Shown here: positions 10,388 through 23,423 of the stretch, in pieces
How positions within the stretch are numbered: position 1 is the first letter of the stretch
Layout of the letters: every line of letters begins with the position of its first letter
Assembly (NCBI GenBank): GCA_022813965.1
Contig: JALDZS010000083.1
Location: 1 to 64,000, forward strand
DNA: 64,000 bases
DNA from: Toensbergia leucococca
Taxonomy: Eukaryota
Direction: 5' to 3'
The notes under the pieces: model-generated
The model's database searches: none
The model's input: only the letters and a program-made list of their open reading frames with translations
Told to the model about the DNA's origin: nothing
Translations under genes and position numbers: made by a program

Positions 10388-13230
10388 TCACCACCTCGCA
10401 TCCAGCGTCCCACTAACCCGCCTCAACAACCTCCTCCCCCCAACCAAGCCCTCAAACCGCCTCGCCCTCTCCTCCGCCCCCATCCTCACAAAAGCAGCGA
10501 GCCCAAACTCAAAGTCTACGATAGAGGGGCTAATACGCTCCCTCTTCGGCTCCGGCGCTTCGAGCTCCGCCAACACAGCCTGCGCGGCAAAAGCATTCAT
10601 GCCCGCTCGTCTCAGGAAGAGTTCCCACAACGTCTCCTCTTGCAGCAGTCGCAGTCCGGAATCAGCGACGCTGTGCTCGGCCATCATGCCTACGATCCAC
10701 TGAGCCAGCTGCTCCTCTCCGCCGCCGACAAAGAGGACTTGGATGTCCTCGTCTAGGTTGGCGCAGAAGCCCATTAGTTCGATCAAGGCGGTGCAATCGT
10801 TGGTATTCAACTCTCCCATTGTTTGGGTCGGACCAGTCAATGAACTTCCTTCGCTGATAAGGACGAGGAGTCTCTCGTACCGCGGCGCGGTGCGGGTGAT
10901 TCGGTCGCGGATCGGAGACCGGGCTGCTTGGCCGGGGAGGGATTGTTGCTTGATTTCCTGCAGGGTTGTGTAGATAAGGCCTGTGCTTGGTGAGAGGATG
11001 ACGTCTGCTTCGTCGGCCATGGTGTCAGCGAGATGAGAGGGCAGAGGTGGTGGATTGTTGGTCCTTGAGGACGGGGGCGGTCGAGCTGGATGAGTGTATA
11101 GATTGAAATCACGCTCGATGAAGTCGGCGGATGGGAACAGTTGCTGTATACGACGACAGAGCTTTCGGTGCCTGAGTAGAGTCGTGGACACGACAAAGTG
11201 GCGGGGAGTGGTTGGGATTGACATTTGTGGAATCGGGAAAGCTTGTGCAATCGAGGATTGTTGACGGGCCTCTTTTCCTGCCTTTGGATCTAATACTTTT
11301 TCTTGTGGTTCGGCAATCAACGGATTCTGTTTTGAAGGGATGATTTGGCTTTGTTGGGGCTTCCACTTTTGAGTCTCGCCACTACGGATACTCATGAAAT
11401 TTCCTAAAGCGTCCGAGGCGGGAAAATTTCCTTCTTTTGCAATCTCTGAATTCCTGATCGGCTTGTCCTGATGCAACTGACTATTCGCGGCTAGGATTCT
11501 TTTCGGGATTCTCCCATGTGCTTTTTCATGGGCCATAAGTCTCGTGGAGAAAATACCGGAGTCTATGATGGCACTTTCTTGGTCCTGGTCACTCAATTCC
11601 TCCAGCTCTAACTTGCGTTTTTTGATAAGGAAGTCCAGGTCATTGGCTTCTGGGAACATGCCATTTTCGAGGGACTCATCGTCCGACTCATCTAGAATCC
11701 GCAAACCTTCTGGTTTCCAGGTCAGGAGACTACTGTCTATGCACTCTGGTTGCATTACGAACGGCTCAACAGCCCCATCATCCTGGATCTCTTCTGATAT
11801 CGCAGTTCGCCTAAGTTCTGCAGGGAAAGGCGCCCAAGGCAGACCTCGCTCTGTCTTGCCAATCATCGGCCAGACATGCTTACTCAAATGGTCAGACTTA
11901 ACTTTAGATAAGAATGTTTTGTATGTGTTAATGCTGGCACCGCTATCAAAACCATCGCCTGGCACCTTCCATGGAGGCACGGGGAGAGAAAAGTCCATAC
12001 ATGGCACAGTGACCCTACGAGTCGTATCGGCCTCCTGTAGCTGCTCTTGTTCAATACTGCGCTCAGCTTTCACAGCAATCGGCGCAATATTTTCAGCGAA
12101 GAACGTATTGATATCTGGGGACGATGCTCCCTCCGGTCTAGGAATTGGTGGAGGGATTTCAGGAATCACTTGTAGTAAAGCTTCACGGAAAGAAATATCC
12201 TTTATTTTCCATGGCTGGGGTAAATCCGATATTGGTGGTGTAAGAGGCCCCTCGACCTTCCGATCTTCCAGACGGCCTCGAGCAGTGGGAGGTGATGATG
12301 GTAGGTCCAGGCCTCCCTTTAGAGGACTGTAGATTTCGCCAAGGTCTTCGAAGTCTAGCAGCATTGGGTCTGAGCCTCTCAACTTGGGCTCGCCACCTTC
12401 TTCTTTTGGAACAATCGCATCATCTTTGAACAGTATCTTTTCCAGATCTCTGGCTTCCTGCTGCGTTGGACTTGTGACATCAGAAAGGAGATCGAGATGT
12501 CCAGCATCCGAGGATGGCTCAAATGGATAGGATGGTGGAGTCAAAGGCAGAAGTGGCGGTGTCACTGGGTCCAACGCTGTATTCTACAGCATCATCAGCA
12601 GTTTCGAGCCACTATTTCAGCCACGCATACCGTCTTGTATTCAGCGAAGTCGTGTTGAAATCTCTTATTCTCTCCACCCTCTTGATGAATCTTCAGAACC
12701 CGCTGAAGATACAAAATTGTATCCTTTGAGGCTTCCAGCTTCTCCGACTCTGAGCTTCTAGCAAACTCACCAGGAAGCTCGTAGCATTTCGAAGGCCAGT
12801 CAAGCCCCTCATCCTGCTCCTCGTCGACGCTTTCCAGCGGAAGATGTTCTGTTAAAAGATCCGGAACAATCTGGCGTCTGAATTCTTGCATATCGCATTC
12901 ATGATCGGTCCGCAGCAAGGGTAATTCCTGCTTGAGATTCCGAATTCGATGAACGTCTAGTGTGTCGTCCCCGTCAAATTCCAGATATTCGTATGATGGA
13001 TTCGTAATTGAAGATAGCCATTTCGCCTCGTCCACAGTCATGGTTAGCCGCTCTTCGGGGAGAGCAGTGTTGAACCCATCAATCTGGACTCCATCGGGAG
13101 GGTCCTCAAGTGAAGCTAATAAGTCTTCGGGGTAATCCAAGTCACTCAACGGATGGCGTTCAAGGTGGTCGTAAGCAAGGCCATGGAAGCGAGCGTAGTC
13201 CAATACAGAAAGTCCTATCTTTTGCACCAT
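10388..13230 (-). CDS. Large conserved fungal protein with C-terminal XPF/ERCC4-like fold (probable Zip2/SHOC1 family), 2 exons
   Basis: ORFs 12595-13230 and 10388-12574 join in frame through a 47-nt GT-AG intron at 12630-12584. C-terminal motifs FIERDF...EADVILSPSTG and GMNAFAAQAVL. The family assignment is inference. Confidence 0.75.
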
Positions 13231-13763
13231 GATATAAAGGCATTGAGAGTAGGTCTGTGAGAAGATGCACCAAATAGAGATGTACTGCTGATCGTGATAA
13301 AATTTCTGTGGGCATCAAATAGGGTACGATGCAAGTCAAGCGAAGCAAATTAAAGTCTACAGCCTCGCAGCCCTAACGTATCGCCATTAGCTTAACTTCG
13401 ACCTTTTTATTGTCTACATGGGCAGCTTTATTCTTGGTATCCTAGCAAGAAGAGAATATTAAACCCACACGGTCTTTGATGATCATCTAGCCAGCACTGG
13501 GTCATGTGTGAGTATCTTCCAGCACTCGTAGCTTGCAAGGGAGATTTGAGAGAAAGCCGAAAGGAAGTTATTCATGTCCATAATTTAGTGTCCGACTATG
13601 TGCCTATCCTATGCTTTCCCAAAATTGCCAACCCCGATCTATTGGTATACAATGCATGTTTGCTTAACGCCTTGGCAATACCATGAAATGAATCAAAAGG
13701 TTGAAGGGCGATATGAGGCCCAGTAACAGGTTGCTAAAGTCAAAGAGCAACTACAAAGCTGCT

Positions 13764-15144
13764 CTAGTCATTGTAGTTGGACAATCCAGACCCGTCTTTG
13801 CTGGCTTCTGGGAGTCCGTATAGAGCATTGAGATCTTGTTCCTGCGACTTTCCGGCAGGATCGAGAACTGGGCGTTCTCCGTGGCAAGCAACACGGACTG
13901 CATGGCGACGATGAGGTGCAAAACCATATGATGCAGAGTGATTCTGGTTCTCATTAGCATGTAGACATAGTTTTAAGACCAGCTTTACTTACACAGATAC
14001 GGTTGTCCCAGAAGGCAACGTCACCTTTATTCCACTGGAAGCGAACATGAAGTTCCTGGGTAGTTGCAATAATCTCATTGAGATAAGTGATAATCATGTC
14101 GCTCTCAGATTTAGGAATGCCGACAATTTGAGTCACAAACCCAGGGTTGAAGAATACTGACTTCCATCCAGTCACTGGGTGTGTACGAATGAGAGGGTGC
14201 TCTGTGGTGACCGGATCACGACGAACGGGACGTCCGAGACCCTTGGAACCTTCTGCCTGGATATCGGCGGAATGTAGCGCTGTGAGTGATTCGAGATACT
14301 TTTGCATGGGAGTTGACAACACATCGTATACGGCATATTGAGATGACCAAAGCGTATCGCCTCCTCCTCCCCGAGGGGGTCCAGATAATACTTTGAGCGC
14401 TGTGTACGATGGAGGCTGTACCTCGTATGTAACATCTGAATGCCATAAGAAGGTTGGTGTGAACTTGGCCCTCTGCTCCGTTGACTTCTCGTCGGTGTAA
14501 ACAACGTGGACGTCTTCGAGGCCAGGTCGAGCCGGAACAGATGTTGTGGCATGCTTGTGAAGTTTTCCAAAGTATGCGCCCAGCTCACGTTGAGCATCAA
14601 TGTCCAAATCATCCTGACCACGGAAAAATACGACCCCGCGGGTCGAGATAAGGCGAGCTAAGTCATTTTTCTGAGCGTTCGTAAGCTTGGCTAGGTTGAC
14701 GCCATGGATTTCGGTGCCGATCTTTGGGTTATAGTCGAATACATCGGTGGCTGCAGAGAGGAGATCGCGGAATTGTGGATCACCCTGGAGGCCCTTGTCG
14801 TAGTGCGGGGTTTCGGTCAAAGGCTCCCAGTGAACATTGGGAAATCTGGGGCGAAGGTCCTCGAAAGCATAAGTGTCGTCGTGTGTCTCGATGTGAGTAC
14901 GTCCGGGCTCGTAGTTATGGGCGTTGGTTGCAGTCTCGGTAAGTCTGTCATTCAGGATTTTGGCAGCAGCGAGCTTCTCATTGGAAGGTGGCTGTGTCCA
15001 TGTCACTTTCTCGGTAGATGGCTTCGCCCAGTGATTCTTTTCATAAGTAGGCTTCTCGTCGGCAGTAGAGTCCCAGCTGGGCTTGTCGTTAGGCTTGACT
15101 TGAGCGTATGAACGCGAAAATGATTCTTGCAGAAGTGGGGCCAT
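13764..15144 (-). CDS. Alpha-ketoglutarate-dependent sulfonate/taurine dioxygenase (TauD/TfdA family, JLP1-like), 2 exons
   Basis: WHSDVTYE (HxD), GGDTLWSS, HPLIRTHPVTG and WDNR motifs. After the intron starting at 13992 the last exon reads NHSASYGFAPHRRHAVRV...NYND*. Confidence 0.93.
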
Positions 15145-18100
15145 TGTGATGTAGTAAAAGTAAAAACTGGAGCTGTAGGCGAGTATGTGTAGAACAAGTA
15201 ATGTTCAGGTCAAAAGATTGTGAGTTTGGATCAAGCGTAAGTTGAAATAATAATGGATGTAAAGAGTCGGTCTTGTTGCCGTTAAGTTGAGATGAGGAAT
15301 GCAGATGATCATGAGCCCATGGGAATTATATATTCGCTACAATGCAGACTTACTAGCCGATATCGCATCATCGGGTCTTAGGAGCACACCACGGTAACAA
15401 TGCTTATGAGGTCAGATGCAAGCGTAAGATTCAAAACCACAAGTGAGATGCAACCTTAGAGTTTTTCACGCCGTCAACCGAAGAATCCTTCTCTTAGCCG
15501 TTTAGCAGCCACGACCTAATATCTGGAGACGGCTCTGAGTAGATGATAAGCTCCGAGTCCGCAGTCAAACACTGACCCTGTTCATTTCTGCATCTTTTAC
15601 CCCAGGAAAGGGCCACCTAATCCCTTTCGGGGGAAATACCACGCGATTGTTCCTCAGCCCAACTCTGACACGAGATGTTACCTATGGTTAGGTAGCATAC
15701 AGCATCGGTATCATTACCTAAAACCCTCTGAATATTTCAAAGAAAAGCTTCCTTTGGTACGGACGAGGAAGCAGCTGATTCAAACACAATATTGGCGCGC
15801 CACTCATGTCACACGAAGAGCCTTGATAACCTGCACCAATCTTCACGCTGCATAGAATCATTTATGCTTGATGATAAGATTCCTGCAGAAACAGTAGCCA
15901 TTTGAGTTGGAAAGGCCTAGAGAATATGCGATTGCGCTGTGTCACAGCAGAAGTGAAGAGTTGACGTTGTGAGTGAGGTGACTAGGATGAGAGCCTCACA
16001 TTTGGGACTAAGCATAGAACCCCGCACAAGAGGGGTTGCAGCAGTCTTGATTGGTTGAGATCATCTAAAGACGTCAATGTGCTGGGTACCTGCAGATTAT
16101 GTTGCATCACGCAAGAAAGTCTCGATGTTGCGTCTTCGCTCATGATTTCTTCATAATTACATAATCCACTTGTACATTCACCTTTCAAATGTTTTGGCGT
16201 TGCACCAAATATATCTTTATTCCTTCCGCTGAAGAACACCAGCCTACAATGTCACTGTGCTATTCAAACCTCAAATCCCTGCACTATCACTAGGGGTTGA
16301 AGCAGAGTCAAGAGCTCTGAGTGACTAGATAGCATACCACTGTGACCCAAGGTATCTACTTTTGACCTCAATAATGGGGCCACCCGTCAATAATCCATTG
16401 GAACGCTTCAGAAGCTGACAGAAATCCCCTAGGACATCCTGCCGGCAGGATTTGTTAAAGTAGGGCGGGCATGTTTGTATGGATGTGACAAGTAACGGGT
16501 TCAATTCTACAGGCGCTGCTAATTGGCTCCGAATACCTGCCCTGTATTTTTAACAAGATACCCAGGTGCTTGCTGAAAAGCATGAGCACCTGCTCTTCCC
16601 AGAAAGTTTGTGTGTGGAGGACCAGGTCCGCATGTCAAATGACCATGAAATAAGGACGAGACCGTAGATCTAGGGATCACTAATCCAAATAATGGCTTAT
16701 GAAGATGGCAATCTAGTGATATACCTTAGATAGATGCAAAAATTCAAAACTGAATGATTCATGGAAAATTACTAGTAATCGAACCGGACTGGTTTGATTG
16801 AAATAATTCCATCTGGATGACTCATCTCGAAATCATATACCACTAGGTTCCATTCTCGGCATCACTTGCGCTACCCTACCTACTTGTAGCCAATGGATAC
16901 ATCTTCTAGCGAATCCATACCCGACTTCGGCCCTGAGCAATAGGAAACCCGGACGGAATCCATCTCTCAACCGAATTCGTGTACAGATCTACCACACTAC
17001 CGGCAGATGAAGGTGAAACAGCAAGGTGAAAGCAAGTCAACTAATCAGCGGCCTCATCCCTCATACTGATTATGGAATGACCACGTGCAGCACTGGAGGT
17101 TTAGGGATCAAGGATCCTATTATCCGTCAGATTAGCGCATGTAACGTGCCATCCTTTGATTTTCTTATAAATGTACTCGTACAAGCCAGCTACAACATTC
17201 TTGCTCGTCCTAAGAAGGCAGTGCTTGCGCGTATGTCTGACGCTCTCCATCTACTCTTGTAACGATGCGTGCGTGGAGTACGCCGACTCTGGTTGCATTA
17301 CCAGTAAAAGCGGGAAAGGATGCAAGCGGCGCATTGAAGGGGAATTGAAGGCCGTTCTTATCTTGCAACATTGTTACTCATATTTTGCAATTTCGAGGTG
17401 TGAACACATATGCTTCCATTAGTCTCAGTATTCAATACCAATCCAATCAAGACGCACTGATAGATACTTATTTGACAATCATCTGTGCACTATTGCTTGA
17501 CTTGCTGCGGCGGTATCAGGTCTCGACAAAAGTTCTCATGGTGCTCTAGCCCTGTGTTTCTGTAATAAGATCGGACTAGTAAGTGCAGATATCTGCCGTT
17601 GGTCCATGCTCGAACACTCAGCTGACCTTGGGCCTTGCCTTTGAGAGCAAGAGACTTCTAGTCCGTGCTCGATTTCGGCTCCCATACCCTGGCAGCTGGA
17701 GGTTCTTTTCTACTAGAGTTCTCTTTCAGTAGCTCAAATTTTTAAAGCCAGCTCCTAGCCTAGAAAATGATAGTAAACAACGTCAAGAACACTCTAGTCT
17801 CGGGATATAGTAGAGGCAAAAGCGATGAATCGTCAATGGTCGTGCACAATGAGAAGCTAGCGCTGGCCTATGGAGTTGCGCTGTAGCAAATTGCAGTGAT
17901 ACGACCACGTTACGACATTCATCGTTGTCAATCCCATTCACATGGTGCACCCCGAATCTTCCATCCTGAAAAGTCTCAGCTGCATCACGTAAAGATCAGC
18001 AGGAGACGGCGCATGGAGAATGCTAGTACTTGATACTCGGTTGCTCGGAAGAGGTAAAGAATCCGAGTCCCAGCATTTCTACTCAAAAGTCATGGCCAAA

Positions 18101-18572
18101 AGCTTGATTTCTGTAGACTTGTTCGGCGCCATCGAGACTCGCGTGGGTACTTGTAAAGTAATGGACAGAAAACTCGGAATCTTCGCTTTTTGGTAATAGA
18201 TTTTCGGAGCCAAACGCCAAGGCTTTTCCTGGGAAACTTGTGTTTCGGCGACAAGACTGAGATCGCTTGAAGATTGACGTATACAGAAAGAATGTTTGAA
18301 GCAACGGTCCCATCTCCTGCCGTATTCTCGACGGTGCTTGCGACTGCGATTGGCCCTCCGTGGCTTTGGTGAAACCAGGATTCGTTCACCGGAACGGTAA
18401 AGCCAAGGAACAAGGCTGTGTGGATCGACCTGATAGATGACGTAAAAATGAATCATGTATAATCTTTACGAGCAGGCTTGCTCAACAAGTCACACGGAAT
18501 CACTGCAACCAAGATATCCCTCTGATAACCGTATGGCAGAGAATTTTGTAAGACACGGTGCTTCATGAATTC

Positions 18573-19596
18573 TCAGTGCTCGTTGCTGAGTAAATGCGTC
18601 CGCTCATTTGCAAATCCCAGATTTTCATCGTTTGACATACCGGTCCCTTCATCGACCATATGCCCACTACCTGAGTCATCAGGTTCATTCAAATCCTTCT
18701 TGTTCTTTTGGTTCCTGATTTCGAATGATATACCCATAATCAACAAACCTCCCTGTAGAATTCCTGTAACGACATAAATTCCCCAAGTACTCCAACCTTG
18801 TAGGCCCAGTCTCGCTGCTAGGCTCCCGGCCCACACAAAGCTACCGGGAGTTTGTATGCACATCATGGGTATACTAAGGCTACCGACAGCTTTTAGGCGC
18901 CATGTTGTGTAAAGTTGAGGGAAGTACTGGATTGCCGCAAGCAATGTCGCTAGGATGCCCAGTATGTTGGCCCATGACTGAAGGAGGGCGGGAAACCTGT
19001 AAATAAACACGACGCTAAGGATGAAGGTGACGATGGCATGAACGACGCAAAGAAACACGACGAGCAATGCCGTACGGTAGGATGGTGCTAAGGTCGATGG
19101 TTTGGGTGAAGTAAGAGCATTTGCACGAGGAAAGAAAACAAGGTACAGAAGAAGTCTAAGGACACAATGTCAGCGATGTACAAACATGCACAACATAGCT
19201 AAGCGCAAAGGCTCACATAATGGAAAAGCAAAGCCATTGTACCGCTACTTGCGCTATCCCTAGCGAGCCAGCGAAGCAGTTGAAGCCGCTGAGCTGCCTG
19301 CAACAGGCAATATCTGCACGACTAGCCGGCAAATTCATTATGTTGGCGAGACTAGAAGTCCCAGATGTTGTGCCAAGCAGAACGAAATAAGGTGATATGC
19401 CCTCTGAGGAACGTCTAGAGATAATGCGGTGGTGTTGCGGGAGATAAGAGATTAAGATACCAAGTAGGATGCATCTTCGAGGTCAATATTAGCAGTTGTA
19501 TCGAATAAAAGATGAGAATGCAACTTGCATCGATAGGACAAAATTGGCATAGCTCGGCGATGCCAAAGCATCGCAATGGTCGTCAACTAAGATCAT
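18573..19596 (-). CDS. PQ-loop repeat membrane protein, 3 exons (first intron GC-AG)
   Basis: Two PQ motifs (ISYLPQHHRII..SSEGISP and IQYFPQLYTTW..VGSLSI) and several TM helices. Confidence 0.88.
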
Positions 19597-20662
19597 TGTC
19601 CAGCTTCCAGGAACTTATGACCACCAATTGTGGTATTCATCGATCTACAATTACTCACGGGAGGAAGAACGTTGATAGTGTGACGCGTTTGAACTTTCCA
19701 CGTCTGTTTACTCGGAAATACAGAGTAGGGGACACAGTCTGAAATGTACAGATCCATTGTGTATTTTTGAGCATAGAATAGAATACCTTAGCCCGAGGCC
19801 ATAGACTCTCGATTCAACCCAGAAAACTTTTGTATCACCCTGCCTGCCTGACTCTTAGGGTACGTAATGCCTCAACGGCCTATTTCTAATACTCATGCCC
19901 TTTAAAGTACCGAACGATCTACGTCGCCCCTGTCCATTCTTGATAATTCCTATCCGGACGCCGCATTAAACATAAACCGCAACGCACGTTCCTCGCTCCA
20001 TCCTCTCAGTCGAATCAGATGGAGGACGCTGAGTGCTAGACCAATTAGAATATATATACAGAGTTACGGACTCTGCTGCATTGATGCTAGGTAATATGGA
20101 GAGGTCATTTCTCGTTATCCGTGGTGCCGGTAGCATTTCCTCCCTGGAATTGGAGCCAGAAAAGACTTGAAGGGCTCCTTGAGCAGTCTCATTCCATTGA
20201 CAAGAATGAGTGCTAGTAGCCGTGAACGGCCAAATTTCTGCCTTGCAATGATTCATGAAGGTGCTATCGCATATGACAAAGGTGTCTGTCATGACTCCGA
20301 TGACAGATTTTCAGATGGCATACGAGTACATAATTCGTGGAGTTTTACCCAAAGGAAACTTGAGACATTCTTGACGAGCTCCTCAAATAAATCTCGAGAT
20401 ATGATTTTCCACCTAGAAAAACGGAAACAGCAGCATCCACCTGACGCCTTCACTGACCATTACGTCTTTGTAATGGATGAATTATGATAAGCAAGTGCAC
20501 AGACTGAGCCCCTTGAGTCTGGTCTTATCAACGTCTTTCAGCTGCGGTTTCAACCGCGATAGAAGAAATACGTTCTACCAAAATCAACTTGGGAAGTCCG
20601 AGAGTTGGGTCTTTGATTAAAAATAGTCAGGCAATTTTCACATGTAGAACGATATAGAAATA

Positions 20663-21274
20663 TCAAACAAAGCCACGCATACTCACAGAGATAGGCGATT
20701 CAGCTTGAACTTGTTCATGCGATCCAACTCTCTTTTCTCCATCTACAAGTTCGTTTCTTTTCTGCTCTTTGGCTTTACTCCATTGATACCATTCAATCCA
20801 AAGCGTCAGCAGTCCCGTCAACGTCACAGCAGGGGTAAATGCCTGGCTTGCCCCAAATGCAGTTGCCACAGCCAACATTGGGGCTAAGTCATGAGCTCGT
20901 CTATGGTGATTCTTGCGAGCCTTGATCTCCTCTTTTGTCTCGACCACTAGCCGCCTTGTGAACAGATCTCGGCGATGAGCCCAAGAGCTTAGGTTGAGAC
21001 CGACCAATACTTGCCTCGGTAGAACCTCGAGCCATCTAGCAATGAACCACGTAAGACTCGAAGGCCGTTCCACATTGACGCTCCAAACGGCGGATAGTGC
21101 TGCAAAAAGTAGAAACCAGCGGCAGTATGTCTGCGTCTGATGGACGTCTAGGAAGTGGGTGTAGGAGGTCTCGGACACGAAGATGAAGTAAATGAGACGC
21201 CACAAATATGGAGGGTCTACTATGGAACCCCGAGATTGGTGCCAGACTCGAAAAACAAAGTCCTGAACAAACAT
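20663..21274 (-). CDS. Hypothetical membrane protein, possibly degenerate
   Basis: 203-aa ATG-initiated ORF with hydrophobic segments; no family recognised. Confidence 0.35.
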   Translation of the reverse strand: MFVQDFVFRVWHQSRGSIVDPPYLWRLIYFIFVSETSYTHFLDVHQTQTYCRWFLLFAALSAVWSVNVERPSSLTWFIARWLEVLPRQVLVGLNLSSWAHRRDLFTRRLVVETKEEIKARKNHHRRAHDLAPMLAVATAFGASQAFTPAVTLTGLLTLWIEWYQWSKAKEQKRNELVDGEKRVGSHEQVQAESPISVSMRGFV

Positions 21275-21772
21275 TTTAAGAGGTTGAAAGTTTGCAACAG
21301 AGTGCCTGTCAGGTTTCAGATTCCGGAGCAGGGGGTGTCAGAAATTACAAGGTCACAATTGGAGATTGCCGTCCTTGAATTCTATAGGAATGGCTTCGAG
21401 GTACTAATATGGTGAGTGGAGGTTGCAACGACTTTAGGCTGAGTTCTCCATACGCGGGGATCTGCATCCCCGCCTCGAAAAAACCGGCACAACGATACTG
21501 AGGCTGTGTGAGCATAATAATAAAACATCAACGAGTCACATAGCATTGACTGCAGAACCCCACTCTTATCAGAATACTGCCTTCGTCACATGGCTCTAGG
21601 AATATAATTAATGCCGCAGCTTTATATAGGTGACAAATGTCCAAGAGAACCTCATCTAGCATCACACCGTCAACAAGCCTTGCGCATGAAATGAGATTCG
21701 CAAGCTTTGGCTCATAAAATACTGCAAACATCTCAGCTTGGTAAACCCATCGATCATTTTCTTTCATCAAGG

Positions 21773-22398
21773 ATGTTCAAGCTCAAGGGTAGCCATCAAA
21801 GTACCGTCGAGACAGCCTCGATCGCCCCATCTCAGGCAGATACCCTCGTAGATGACGATGCGACACAACGATTCACAGCTACCGGCCGTCCACAGCCACC
21901 GTACAAGGCATCAGGCCTAGCGAACCTCGCATCCGGGACAGGTGCAGCCTGTGAGCCGCAATTTCTACCGCATCAATTCAATGACGAGAGCATCATTCCT
22001 GTATCTGTAAGATTGCGTACCGATGAAGCACAACCAGAACAGTAAGGCTCTCCGCATTTCCCGCGTTGCTTTCAAGTCTTTCACATACGGCTCGGTACCC
22101 CCATTTTTATTTCACTAGTCTGACCATCTATTTTTGGCTATTATCCAGAAAGAAAAGCAACGGCGTCCTCGGCAAGATGAGGAAGTTCAGTTCAAGCAAG
22201 GAGACACCCAAATTCAGGACATTGAAGATGCCGCGGGGTGAATATTTACGTTACTTCGCGCGGGACGAGAAGAACGCTTACATTGGGACTGAACCCGAGA
22301 GATCGTGGACGGACAAGGACTTGGAGGAGAAGTTTGGGATGTATCAAAACCTGCCGCCTACGCAGTGGAAGGTGAATGTGCCGTCGGGGTTGAAGTGA
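21773..22398 (+). CDS. Hypothetical fungal protein, 2 exons
   Basis: MFKLKGS...QPEQ spliced through intron 22042-22148 in frame to KKSNG...MPRGEYLRYFARDEKNAYIGTEPERSW. Confidence 0.7.
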
Positions 22399-22712
22399 CG
22401 GGGCAGCGAATTTCAATGGGGTCTGTCAAGGATCAAGGTGCCCGGAGGATCAGGCTCTGATCAAAGTCAACCCCTTCCTGCTGTCTTAGCACTAGTGATG
22501 AGATGCGAGACCTTGATGAAATGGAAATGATACATGTAGATTCAATAGGCACCGTACATTGCTGTTCTGATTTGATTACCAAAAGCAATGCCAATGTATT
22601 AGCTGGGCCTCCTAGAATACCCTAGAGCACAATTGGAGGCCTGCCTTGTGATTGAGTAATTTATTGAGAAGAATAACGTGAAATAGAACCTTCTTGTCCA
22701 AGAACGGCATCC

Positions 22713-23423
22713 TCAATAACCAGTTGCCGTTGGACACGTCCCGTTGGGCGCGTTCTGATTCAGCATACAAGCCTGACCACAATTCACTCCTTGAAGCCCA
22801 GTCCTCGTTCCATCATCCGGAATCTGTTTTATCGCTTTCGCTAGAGCGGCAATGTCCGAATCTCCAAGATTCTTCAATGCTTTCTTTATCTCACCCAGCG
22901 TCTTCTGGGTTGGCCCACTTTGGACCTGTGATGCGATCACTAGTCCAGGCGTGGGAGCTGGTCCATAATCAACGTAGTAGCGATGGCAATTAGTATCAAC
23001 GCCGTATGCGATAACATCATCTATCACTGTGATGTTTGTGCCGGGAAGGTGAAGTGGATAGTTGTCGTCCTGGGTAGGGCTATCGGCGTCTGTGGCGTAG
23101 ATGGTGTAAATGTGCGAGCAATTTCCGACAAGCTGGTAAGACGTGAGGTCTGTGGTTGTGTCTGCTGTAACGTTGTAGACGGAGATGAGCTCGACATTCC
23201 TGATAGCGCTGTCGTTGTCTGAGCTGTAGGTCTCAAACCAAAGACCACTAAAATAGCCACGAGGAGTATCGACGAAAAGGGGGTTCGCCGGGCCACCGAG
23301 CTGAGGGGGAATACGTGCAATCACGGTGTTATTGCAAACCATCTGGTTGGGACTTGCGGCATAGGTGCTAGTGGCGATGGCCCCAAGTATCACTCCAAAG
23401 GATGAGTGTACAGTGAGATGCAT
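22713..23423 (-). CDS. Secreted Cys-containing protein, possible lipocalin/calycin-like fold
   Basis: Intronless ORF with signal peptide MHLTVHSSFGVILGAIATSTYA, N-terminal FSGLWFE (GxW) motif, six Cys and several N-glycosylation sequons. Confidence 0.7.
   Translation of the reverse strand: MHLTVHSSFGVILGAIATSTYAASPNQMVCNNTVIARIPPQLGGPANPLFVDTPRGYFSGLWFETYSSDNDSAIRNVELISVYNVTADTTTDLTSYQLVGNCSHIYTIYATDADSPTQDDNYPLHLPGTNITVIDDVIAYGVDTNCHRYYVDYGPAPTPGLVIASQVQSGPTQKTLGEIKKALKNLGDSDIAALAKAIKQIPDDGTRTGLQGVNCGQACMLNQNAPNGTCPTATGY

Noticed and set aside
11544..12332. 262-aa plus-strand ORF
   Set aside because: Antisense shadow of the 10388-13230 gene.
16410..16700. RNase MRP/P-like motifs (gaaatcccc ... 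aataatggctta)
   Set aside because: The 3' motif lacks the GGGG needed to form P4, and other conserved regions were not found.
18079..18456. Three overlapping minus-strand ORFs
   Set aside because: No motifs; probably within or beyond the PQ-loop gene 3' UTR.
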